Assembly (NCBI GenBank): GCA_965644295.1
Contig: CBFFRP010000266.1
Span: forward strand, 1-40,169
Length of the DNA: 40,169 bases
Reading direction: 5' to 3'
DNA from: Paraphysomonas bandaiensis
Lineage: Eukaryota; Protista; Chrysophyceae
The position numbers and the translations under genes are program-made. The notes below the pieces were generated by a model. It was not told the origin of the DNA, searched no databases, and saw only the letters and a program-made list of their open reading frames with translations. Position 1 is the stretch's first letter. The number at the start of each line of letters is the position of its first letter. Shown in pieces: positions 1-9,765 of this stretch.

Positions 1-693
1 ACTTCTTGCAGGGCTTCATGGAGGGTGTTAGCAATTAGCATCCCACAATATGTAATTGGCTCGTAGGGATAGCAACGATTCTAGACGATATAGATCCATT
101 TTTCTACGCTTTGTTATCACAACCAACTTTTACACGACTAAAGAGCCTCTCAACAACATTAGATTAAGCAAGCGGTGGTAGTTGAACTCATAGGTGCCAA
201 GTCGAGCTCTCCTGGTAACTTCAGCGAAATAAGTGGCAGAACATGCTACGCAAAATCAGTTCCTTCGCCGTCGTCGTTGATTCTGTCAGATGCACTAATA
301 CTATACACATCTACACTCTATTGAGAATTGCTCATTTTAAGCTAGATCACAGAGAGAATTTGTCGTAAGACTAGATAAATTTATTAATATCGTTTACACT
401 AACTCATTATAATCCCTGCATAATATCCTACATATGCGAACCTCTCGTTACTGAACATATCTTGAAAGATCAAACTATTTCAGTTTCTCAATATCATCAC
501 AGCATTTGTACATCACTATATTTCACTGTATTCTCGTACATTGTCTTCAAGTGACATTCTGAATATACTAGAATAAGATCCATATTCTAATACACTCTAC
601 ACCACAGTGACTACTTTAACAGAACCAATATTGATGGAAGTATTGGCCGGTCCACCAATCAATATATTCTACAATATTATGTTCCCTACCCTG
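1..693 (-). mobile_element. Degenerate hAT DNA-transposon relic (runs off the window start), interrupted by a solo LTR
   Basis: Minus strand of ~70-170 reads SNVVERLFSRVK/../RRKMDLYRLESLL with stops and a frameshift (hAT C-terminal dimerisation motif). 612-693 matches the terminal region of the element at 31666-32484, ending in CAGGGTAGGGAAC (minus) versus TIR CAGGGATAGGGAAC. Confidence 0.7.
319..592 (+). mobile_element. Solo LTR, family B
   Basis: Flanked by 5-bp direct repeat CACTC (314-318, 593-597); ends TATTGAGAA...TTCTAATA; homologous (reverse complement) to 36287-36544 + 38371-38406. Confidence 0.75.
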
Positions 694-726
694 CTACAGT
701 TTTGAGCACTAAACCTTAGTAGAACT

Positions 727-1019
727 TAACAGAAGTTGACATTATTTGCTAAGGTTTACTATTCTCAACTGATAAGATGAAATTATAAACATTACATGAT
801 AAAGAACCTAAGTTGTGTTCGATGTGTTCAACACCATTCATTTACTACTATAGTGTACAAACCACACACTCAGTTATCGTATCCTGTATAGTCATCCACT
901 TCTACTTCAGTTTCATACTACATAATATAATGTACTAATTACATATATATCTTTCGATCCTTGCATCTCACATAATACTGCACTCAATTGCAAGTATATA
1001 GAATCTTCAGATCTCAACA
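727..1019 (-). repeat. 3' LTR of copia A
   Basis: No mismatch seen against 5727-6019; preceded by PPT; termini TGTTGAG...CTGTTA. Confidence 0.96.
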
Positions 1020-1144
1020 CTCCCCCTCAATTGAGTGTTGTACTATGACGCCTCCCAGCTATTGAATGCCTGAGATAAAAAAAATTCTTGACAGTAAAAT
1101 AGACTCATCTCTAAGTCTAAACCTCTGTCTAAAAAACTCAGTAC

Positions 1145-3538
1145 CTACTTGCGCCTTCTTTTATCCCTTGGTCCCTCATTAATCACTTCAGTGGAACTCT
1201 TAACTTTCTCTCCAAGATTTCTCTTTCTCTGCTCCATATATGATAAACCAACCAATGACTTTGTATAAATATCTGCTGCTTGTTGCGATGTATGCACATG
1301 CACTAACTTAATCGTATTGAATTGATTGGGATCCACGTGCTCTCTCACCATGTGATACTTAATCTCAATGTGCTTCGACTTCTTGTGAAACACTGGGTTT
1401 TCGGCCAAATCCTGGGCACTCTGACTGTCGATGAAGAATGGTGTGGGTTTGATGAGCCTCAACTTAATCTCACCCGTCACCCCCCGAACCCATAGCACTT
1501 CTTGGAGACCCGAGTAAATACACTGATACTCAGACTGCATGCTTGACGTTGCCACTGTCGTCTGCAGTTTGGACTGCCAGACTATAGGCCCTCCCGCTGC
1601 AAACCCAACGTACCCCGACGTGGACTTCCTGGAGAGCTGGTCTCCCGCCCAATCCGCGTCAGTAAACATATGGAAGTCGAACCGTCTACTCCCATATTGA
1701 ATCCCTTTGTCAATAGAACCACGAATATATTGCCATACGTGTGTTAATAGCTTACATACTTCAATATTCACCTTATTACTGAACCGAGACAGTACTCCCA
1801 CTGCATAGGCAATATCCGGCCTCGTGTTCATCGATAGATATAGTAATGCACCTATCAGCGGCCGATATGGGAAGTTATCTACTATAAGCTGTTCCTCCTC
1901 GGTATGCTCATGCCGCGCCCCTTTTGCCACTAAATCCATTGCTTCCGCCGGTAGAGGACTCTTCCGTACCTTTCGCGGTGGCCCAAGATACTTTTCAAAC
2001 TTTTCTAAGATCTTAGCCGCATATACTGATTGGTCAAGACGAATATACTCTGGCGTTCTTGTGACTCGAACATTCAGAAAATGTTCCATCTCGCCCATAT
2101 CCTTCATATCAAACCGGGCACACAGTTGAGCTTTAATATCCTTCACTATGTTGACATCACGACCTAACACTAGGATATCATCCACATATATCGTTAATAA
2201 TATCAATTCATCGCCCTTATACTGATAATACAAACATGGGTCTAATACACATGGTTTAAAATGCATAGATCGTATGAACTTATCCAATGTTTTCCACCAC
2301 GACCGCGGGGAACTCCGAAGCCCGTATAACGACTTCTTCAACTTAAAGCAGTACCCCTCAGGCAGCTGAAAGTCCGGAGTTGCCTTCATATATACATCCC
2401 CCTCTATATCTGCATATAGAAATGCGTTAGACACATCCAGTTGATGAATTACCATGTTCATCACGAAAGCTATGGCGATTAACAGTCGCACTGTTACCCC
2501 CTTAACAACGGGTGCGAAATGGTTCGCCCAACCACTCGACTGCTGTCCACAACCGATTGCTACAAGACGAGCCTTATATCGGCGGACCTCTCCCTCCTTA
2601 TCGTACTTCTTTCCATAGACGTACTTGGAGTGCAGTGGGACGACTCCGTCCGGTATACGAGTCACCTCCATGGTATCTCGCTTCGCCAAACCCTCTCGCT
2701 CTACACGGCGAGCTCGTCTCCACTCCCTGTGCTCGGCACTCTCCAAGGACTCACGATGTGTCTGAGGCACTGTCGACTCTTCCGCTGACATCCACACTGA
2801 GTCTGCCTCCTGTAAAAGGTCACTCACATCACTCTCATCACTCAAATGATGGATTTGTCCTAACACCGACACATTCGTTACCGTCCTTGGAGTTCTTGCA
2901 CGTTTGCCGTGCGGATGATTCTCGGCAGGGGTCCCTTCCCCCGAAGGTAATGCTGAGTCAGCCTGGGGCTGCACCTGCCCACTTTCCGACTGCTGTGGCA
3001 CCACTCCGCTGATACCGCCGTCACGGTTGTCAGTAACTCTGGCCCTATCCACCCTCTGCGCAAGATCCTCTGTCATCTTCTTGATATCAGCAATATGAAT
3101 AGGAGTTTTATCCTCCACTTGAACCTGGTTACCAGTAACCAACGACCGGTATCCCACAATAAGTCCCTTCCTTATCACCACTCTGTTAGTCTTGTATAGC
3201 AGACCACCATCCTCATGGTGCTTTCCGATAAGATACTCAAACTCACCCGGTTGACGAGCCTCGGGATCTATAGCCACTTGAGCCTCCTCCAGCTCTCTAT
3301 AATAATCCTGAGACCTCTCAGGTACCGATTCATCAAATAATACATGTACAGAGTGTACTACGGTGTCCCCCACTAGCACCTTGTATCCTTTTCGATCAGC
3401 TGGATACCCTATGAAATAACCTGTCATTGCTTTGTCCTCCCAGTCCTTCCTCCTGTCGGCCTTGGGTGTTAGCACATATGCTTTGCACCCCCATTTCCGT
3501 AGCCACGATAGGCTGGGAACGCTCCCCCTGGGACACAC
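1145..3538 (-). CDS. Copia Pol C-terminal part (integrase C-terminus, reverse transcriptase, RNase H); out-of-frame continuation of the upstream ORF
   Basis: WGCKAY and GYFIGY (GKGY region), KARLVA, QLDVSNAFL, LKKSLYGL, YVDD, TRPDIAYAV, DADWAG, KHIEIKYH, ADIYTK. Confidence 0.95.
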   Translation of the reverse strand: MCPRGSVPSLSWLRKWGCKAYVLTPKADRRKDWEDKAMTGYFIGYPADRKGYKVLVGDTVVHSVHVLFDESVPERSQDYYRELEEAQVAIDPEARQPGEFEYLIGKHHEDGGLLYKTNRVVIRKGLIVGYRSLVTGNQVQVEDKTPIHIADIKKMTEDLAQRVDRARVTDNRDGGISGVVPQQSESGQVQPQADSALPSGEGTPAENHPHGKRARTPRTVTNVSVLGQIHHLSDESDVSDLLQEADSVWMSAEESTVPQTHRESLESAEHREWRRARRVEREGLAKRDTMEVTRIPDGVVPLHSKYVYGKKYDKEGEVRRYKARLVAIGCGQQSSGWANHFAPVVKGVTVRLLIAIAFVMNMVIHQLDVSNAFLYADIEGDVYMKATPDFQLPEGYCFKLKKSLYGLRSSPRSWWKTLDKFIRSMHFKPCVLDPCLYYQYKGDELILLTIYVDDILVLGRDVNIVKDIKAQLCARFDMKDMGEMEHFLNVRVTRTPEYIRLDQSVYAAKILEKFEKYLGPPRKVRKSPLPAEAMDLVAKGARHEHTEEEQLIVDNFPYRPLIGALLYLSMNTRPDIAYAVGVLSRFSNKVNIEVCKLLTHVWQYIRGSIDKGIQYGSRRFDFHMFTDADWAGDQLSRKSTSGYVGFAAGGPIVWQSKLQTTVATSSMQSEYQCIYSGLQEVLWVRGVTGEIKLRLIKPTPFFIDSQSAQDLAENPVFHKKSKHIEIKYHMVREHVDPNQFNTIKLVHVHTSQQAADIYTKSLVGLSYMEQRKRNLGEKVKSSTEVINEGPRDKRRRK

Positions 3539-5742
3539 TCATATGGAGACATCCATCCTTGCCACGTCCGAGTTGGCATTCGTCGCACAATGTAACATGC
3601 AGTTTGATAAGCATCAAACCAGAACGACTTTGGAAGTCCAGATGCCGTCAACATCGTCAGTGTCATCTCCCCAATTGTTCGGAATTTCCTCTCAGACACC
3701 GCGTTGAGCTCTGGCGTGTCTCGTGTTGTATGTGACACCCGAGTTCCATATCGCTGCAACAGATACTCTCTTATCTGCTGACTAATAAGTTCGGATCCTC
3801 CATCGGCATGATACTCCACTATACGGTTCCACCCCTCGTACTTCACTAAGTGGACCTCGCACAAGTGTCGTAGACATTTGAACACCTCCTCTCCGCATCG
3901 AGTCCTCAATCCATATTCCCATATCATCTTTGTTGCTAAGTCCGTAAATAGGAGCACGTACTTATACCCTTGTCTGGATTCACAATTGAGATAGACTGAG
4001 ATGTCCGCTGTTACTTTTTCCAGAAACCTGACTGCGCTTAGCTCTTCGTTGTCCCGTGATTTGAACGAATGCCTGGTTATCTTCGCCTTGGCACACCATT
4101 TACACAGGGGTTTATTGCAACTCTTCTCCTTTGCTTTCGAAAGGTGATGTCGTTGTAGTCCTGATCCTCTGAATAACATGTGTCGGTGAGCTTCTATTAA
4201 CTTCGATTTCGAGACATGTCCAGTACGCTCATGTAAGCGATCCAACGCATCTTGTCCTGTATTATCCGACAAATTTACCTCCTCCATCTGATTGCACATA
4301 GACACATTTGGCAGATTTAACACCTCCATCAAGTCCACATACGGCATTCCTCCATGCTCATCGTACTCTCCAGTCAACACCTCGTTTCCAGAGTCCAATT
4401 CCACGATTTTAGGCTTTCGAAGCAGTTGTAATCCGTATCCCATTGATCTCAGCATTCCTCCTGACACAATGTTCTTCACCGCTTCTTCACTAACTCTGAT
4501 GTCTCTCCATTCCCCAAATGTACCAGTTCCCTGTGTCTCCAATTGAGAACCCTTTCTAGTTAGTTGGATTGCCCCAAACTCAGGAGTAAATGACTCCAGT
4601 GCAATTTTATCCTTTACTATAAACAGTCTTTTACTTGCACAACTGTCCAGATATACACGAGGTTCTTCCGACGTATCCACCGATAGCAAAACCTCTTCTC
4701 CAAACATATTCGCTTCATCATCCGACGACTCTCCGTCGTTGACGTATTTCTTCCATTCTGTCTCGAATTTCCTGTTCGATTTTCGAGGATTCTCATTATC
4801 CGGGTTTTTTATGTTCTTCCGTTTTTTCGACTTGCACTGTCGGGCTTTATGACTAAAATCTCCACAGATATGACAACCAGTATAATCCTTTGATCCTGGC
4901 TGCTGCACACTCTTCGAAGCCTTTTCCTTTGTCTTCCCTTTTCTTTTGAACTTATCCATTTTTCTTTGTCGTTCCTTAGCATAACAATTCGCTGCTACAT
5001 GTCCCTTCTTCCGACAAAATGAACAAACCACTGGCTCCTTCGACGCCGTAAAATTGATCTCTTCAGATTTGTCTCCCTTTAGTTTCTTCAGCTGCGTCAT
5101 AGCCTCGTCATACTCTTCACAAGCCTCTTTCACCGAATCAAATGTAGTTGTTGCTTTAGGCATCATCGCTACCGACATCCATAAATCATGTAATTCCTCT
5201 ATCTGCAGCGCTGCTTTTATCTTTGCTAATTTACTTGCCTCTGTCTGCGGTTGTCCCAATTTTATGAGCTTCTGGATTATACCGTTCAGTCGATCTACCC
5301 CAACAGACACCTTTTCCCCCGGCCTTATTTTGAACGAATGGTATTCTGCCGTAGTCTTCTCCAATACAGTCCCAATCTCGCCTCTGAACCTATCAACCAG
5401 TGTCTGAAGGAGCTCACTGGATAACACCTCCTTAGCAGGATCATCAGCAGGTAAAATTGCCTTCCCCTCCAAATATTGATTGGCTACCTCCAACACATCA
5501 GGGTCATGCTCGCAAGCCTCCCAAATAGTACTAACACAGGTATCATTACGCTCTCTCCATGACTCTAAATTCCTTCCTCCGGCTGGCGGGTCCTCCAAGC
5601 CAAGATGGTTTCGGTTTTTCTTCATTAGATGCATCTTGATTTTTCTCGCTGAATAGTCTGCTTGGTTCTTGTCAAACCGTAGCTTCTTGTCATCTTCCCC
5701 ATCCCTACAACTAGCATTCGCTACCATAACAGAAGTTGACAT
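3469..5742 (-). CDS. Copia Gag-protease-integrase N-terminal part
   Basis: Two CCHC knuckles (CSFCRKKGHVAANC, CHICGDFSHKARQC), protease LDSCAS, integrase HHCC (HERTGH...CKWC) and DDE (ADI, HADGG, NAVSERKFRT). Frame is lost at the G run near 3524-3528. Confidence 0.95.
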   Translation of the reverse strand: MSTSVMVANASCRDGEDDKKLRFDKNQADYSARKIKMHLMKKNRNHLGLEDPPAGGRNLESWRERNDTCVSTIWEACEHDPDVLEVANQYLEGKAILPADDPAKEVLSSELLQTLVDRFRGEIGTVLEKTTAEYHSFKIRPGEKVSVGVDRLNGIIQKLIKLGQPQTEASKLAKIKAALQIEELHDLWMSVAMMPKATTTFDSVKEACEEYDEAMTQLKKLKGDKSEEINFTASKEPVVCSFCRKKGHVAANCYAKERQRKMDKFKRKGKTKEKASKSVQQPGSKDYTGCHICGDFSHKARQCKSKKRKNIKNPDNENPRKSNRKFETEWKKYVNDGESSDDEANMFGEEVLLSVDTSEEPRVYLDSCASKRLFIVKDKIALESFTPEFGAIQLTRKGSQLETQGTGTFGEWRDIRVSEEAVKNIVSGGMLRSMGYGLQLLRKPKIVELDSGNEVLTGEYDEHGGMPYVDLMEVLNLPNVSMCNQMEEVNLSDNTGQDALDRLHERTGHVSKSKLIEAHRHMLFRGSGLQRHHLSKAKEKSCNKPLCKWCAKAKITRHSFKSRDNEELSAVRFLEKVTADISVYLNCESRQGYKYVLLFTDLATKMIWEYGLRTRCGEEVFKCLRHLCEVHLVKYEGWNRIVEYHADGGSELISQQIREYLLQRYGTRVSHTTRDTPELNAVSERKFRTIGEMTLTMLTASGLPKSFWFDAYQTACYIVRRMPTRTWQGWMSPYECVPGGAFPAYRGYGNGGAKHMC

Positions 5743-6019
5743 TATTTGCTAAGGTTTACTATTCTCAACTGATAAGATGAAATTATAAACATTACATGAT
5801 AAAGAACCTAAGTTGTGTTCGATGTGTTCAACACCATTCATTTACTACTATAGTGTACAAACCACACACTCAGTTATCGTATCCTGTATAGTCATCCACT
5901 TCTACTTCAGTTTCATACTACATAATATAATGTACTAATTACATATATATCTTTCGATCCTTGCATCTCACATAATACTGCACTCAATTGCAAGTATATA
6001 GAATCTTCAGATCTCAACA
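5727..6019 (-). repeat. 5' LTR of copia A
   Basis: Identical to 727-1019; followed on the minus strand by PBS TGGTAGCG, which matches the first 8 nt of the Ty1 tRNA-iMet PBS; contains the first ATG of the gag ORF (5742). Confidence 0.96.
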
Positions 6020-6235
6020 GAACTACAGCTAAAATTAATAATATCAAGCTCTGTTTAGTTAACGAAAATATGGTGAAATGAGGTCATTACTTCATGATAA
6101 TTGAACAGCTGCCACAATATAACCAGTTGCGGGGATAGTATGAACTACTCTTCTGACTAAAACATCAACCAAAAGAGTACAGGTGGTACTGTTGCAGTAA
6201 ATGGACATTTACCTCACATGTCAGTTTCAATATAT

Positions 6236-7497
6236 TTAATGGGCGACTCCTCTGCGTGTGGACTCTGCTCTCCATTCCGCCTGGCTGGAAAAAATTGGGA
6301 TGTAGTTGGTGATTTGGTCTTTTCTCCTCTGCAAGATGCACTCAGATATCCATACCAAGTTACGAATCTCCTGCTCCTTCAGCTTTACATAGGCGTAGAT
6401 GCATCCAAAATGCATCTGACCCTCAAATGCAAGTTCATACATACGTACTTCTCTTTTGTAAAACTCGTCGTCAATGGAGAATTCCTCAGGAGAAGAGTTG
6501 AGGAATTTCTCAAAGATGGCATGGTAGAGGGGATACGACGAGATAGCCTGACCCAATTTCACATCGTCGTCCACCTTGCAGAGAAGCTCTGTACCTGCCG
6601 GGTACAATTCTCCAATAGAGGGATAGAGACGTTTGCGGTCTGTTTCTCTCATGGTGGCGTCGTTAAGAGGGGTACCAAATGAGTTGAGAGTAATGTTAAT
6701 GGCAGCGCGGTCAGCTCTGGCTCTCAGCAGTCCGCACATGACCTCTGCTGTATCACCGCCCAGCTTTTCACAGAAGGAATAGAAGTCTTCTAGATATAGC
6801 TTCATCAGCGAATTCTTCAGGATCTCGATCTGAACTTCTTCGAGAACATGGCGAACCTCGGAAGCTGCACCAATAGAGGATGAGGACTGCTCGAGGAATG
6901 TCTGGAAGTAGGGGCCAACAGGTGTGTCGACAAGCACAGTCTCATAAAGATCAGCATATCCACGAGGATTCGCTTCAAAAGTAGGAATATTTCGCATAGT
7001 AGATTCCTTAAACATGCCTAAAGGATGGCACTGAGCCATGAGCTCATTAACATTCCTTCCACTCAATGTACCACGAAGAAGCAACATGACATTGTCAATC
7101 ATATACTCATAGGTAATGTAATCCATAAATTGACCTAATGGCTCTACAGCATTTGCACGAAAATAAAAGAATTCAGTTACTAATTTATTCAAAGCTCTTG
7201 CTTCAATTATAGCAGGAGTAATAGTGGAATCAGCATTAAGGAATGTGTCATAGTCAGTCTCCTGTAGGTTCATCTTCACATCCTGTATATGTATATATAA
7301 GATATGAATACATAGAGAATACATTGCGAATACACATATATATATACCTCTAATACATCACACTGTGTCATATGATGATAGTCAGTATCCTTTAAGAACC
7401 CTGATCGATAGCCTCGAATTAAGGCTTCAACAAACCCATGTTGCATATTAAATGTGCTCATTCCACCAAGCGTAACATCAGAATTGCCGTAACTCAT
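6236..7497 (-). CDS. VMA6: V-type H+-ATPase V0 subunit d (~398 aa, 2 exons)
   Basis: Exons 7497-7348 and 7282-6236, 65-bp GT-AG intron. Motifs FNMQHGFVEALIRGYRSG, LQETDY, YMIDNV, CHPLG, ADRAAINITLNSFGT, KLKEQEIRNLVWISECI. Start could be 7509, 7497 or 7461. Confidence 0.95.
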
Positions 7498-7663
7498 TGT
7501 ATTATGCAAGAAGTAATGTCGCTATATGTTATAATGATGTGATAGATGTAGATTGAGTAGGTCTTTGCTATTGCAACACTATATGCATATGTATATACGC
7601 ACAAGCTCCATATGTATGTATATGTCTGTATATGTATGTATATGCACCTACTGCTGTAGACGG

Positions 7664-7767
7664 CATACATACATACATACATACATACATACATACATAC
7701 ATACATACATACATACATACATACATACATACATACATACATACATACATACATACATACATACATA
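7664..7767. repeat. (CATA)26 microsatellite upstream of V-ATPase d
   Basis: Perfect tetranucleotide run; the source of the MYVC/HTYI spurious ORFs. Confidence 0.95.
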
Positions 7768-9125
7768 CACGTATATGCAGCAGTGTATGCATGTATGCTA
7801 TACGTATAGTACATATACACACATACAGTGGTATATTCACACACAAAAAAAAGGTATTTTTTGTTGTAGGATTGTGTGACACTCATCCATATCTTCAATA
7901 GACAAACTGAAAATAATTATGTGTTACATATATCTTGTTCTGGAATGCGAATACGTATGTATATAGCAGTCTCTCGAAAAAATATCTGAGTTTTGGTACC
8001 AAAACACTGATTTTATATTTTTGTTATCATAAATATTATGGGTTTTATATAAGAATATTCGACTTTTAGGTGTGTGATGCTATAAAAATTTCTAACTGTT
8101 AAAGTAGGCAGTGATGCTGAAATCTTCTTCCAATCTTCCATACAATCTTTAAAATATCAGACACTGAGAGCATTAAATGCAATGGTCTATACAGGTAGTG
8201 GATGTCATCGTGGTCATCGTCTATGTGAGGCCATATATATTGCATTGTATGGCAGATGGTAGAGACTATTATGCAACTGGGAAACTATGCAAACAGAGTG
8301 TCAAATATGCACTGCATATATGCCCACAATACCAGAGTTGCCTTAAAGAGTCAAAACCATTTACAAGACAGTCACGCCATTTATAGGTGGGAGTCTAGAA
8401 TATACGAAACACTGTATTATTATCATAGCATTGTGCCCCATACCGAGGGCGTGACCATAGTGTAGGCTAGCTGGTATACCACATATAACACCGAGATCTT
8501 GCATTGATTCTACCACCCGTGTACCAACGTAGCTAACCGCATAGATCACATACATATTCTGCTGCCGCCCCACCCGTGTCCACCATAACTATGCTAAGAT
8601 TTCTCATAACTATGCAAGACTTCTGTATGTAATTCGCGCAGATGCTAGGAGGACCATGTGTACCTTCCCATTACCTAACGCAGAGCTTTTCGTGACCATG
8701 CATGACTCAGTATAGGTCTAGTTTGACATTGGCTCCCCCCCCTCCCCTAGAATGGGCGGTGTTTCTCGTATTCCCATATATGCTGTCAATTGGATGAGAT
8801 AGTTTAAAAATTGCAATTCCACTTATATTGTAAAGATTCAAATCATCCGGACTGAAGATATTGATATTACTACGAGACTATGGCACTGCTTCCCAATCAA
8901 TGTCATGTACATATTAATACCTTTCTATGCGATTTTCTATAAGAGAAGAATGCAATGTGAATGCATGCTTTGCCGAGTACTCATATTGGAGTATAGTAAT
9001 TATCGAAGTCATGTGTAGATATAGGACTGTGATATTGCTTCTAGAGCTTTAGAAGACCAGTGTTAAGTCCTATATCATGTATATACTCTACCGTGTATAC
9101 AACTATTGGCCATAAGCTACAAGCA

Positions 9126-9232
9126 ACTTGTGTAGACGTCTTTTGGCCCTAACGACTAAACGAGCATCTGAGAATGGGCCCACCTCAGGGTAACCGGGGT
9201 ATTAGGCTGCTGCTGAAGTCATGCATCTGGGA
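9126..9232 (+). repeat. ~110-bp GC-rich dispersed repeat of unknown nature
   Basis: Core ACTTGTGTAGACGTCTTT...GAATGGGCCCACCT...CCGGGGTATT recurs at 17940 (via the duplication) and inverted at ~30760-30866 (about 10 mismatches + 1 gap over the 79-bp core). Confidence 0.8.
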
Positions 9233-9765
9233 TGTTCACCTTAAGAACTCAAAAATCCTGAAGTCAGCAGAGGTATATCAGCTATCTGCTTGATGCTCAC
9301 TGCATTTATTTGTTTTGAGTGATGGAGAAAAAGTGGTTACACCTTGGTGAATGCGGTGAACCCACAAGCAGCTTTATTCTCTACTATAAACTATAAGGTT
9401 CCATGAATATCATTTATCATTGTCTTCATTATGAAACATATAACAGTACAAGCATATACAATGGAGAGATCATAGGATAAAATAACCTCATGTAGCTTGT
9501 AATTACAGATTTACAAGTACTGGCAAAATGATATTTCATTTTATCTATTATATTTCATAACATATCTATGTAAAATGTCGTCATTAACTACTGTATTCTT
9601 CACCAACTCTTAAATCGACACTATATGTCTAGTTGCTGGTGACAATAGAATACTATTCTTACGATCTGTATCATTAGAAGTTAAAAGTGAATAAAAGAAT
9701 AGTTCTCAATATATTATGGTTACCAAATTTGAGATAACAACACACCTGTTTAAGTCTAATTCTGG

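Larger units (their letters stand above)
727..6019 (-). mobile_element. Full-length Ty1/copia LTR retrotransposon (5293 bp), family A
   Basis: Identical 293-bp LTRs (727-1019, 5727-6019); TSD GAACT (722-726, 6020-6024); PBS TGGTAGCGA directly after the 5' LTR; PPT TTGAGGGGGAG (1020-1030); domain order gag-PR-IN-RT-RH. Confidence 0.97.

Noticed and set aside
1824-5407. Antisense ORFs within copia A (and within V-ATPase d, VWA, PAF1)
   Set aside because: Shadow frames of real coding sequence with no independent motifs.
8361-8740. Degenerate non-LTR retrotransposon fragment (minus strand EYVCDLCG*...ESMQDLGVIC, zinc-knuckle-like)
   Set aside because: Too short and broken to support without a profile search; the same applies to 31490-31660 and 32493-32720.
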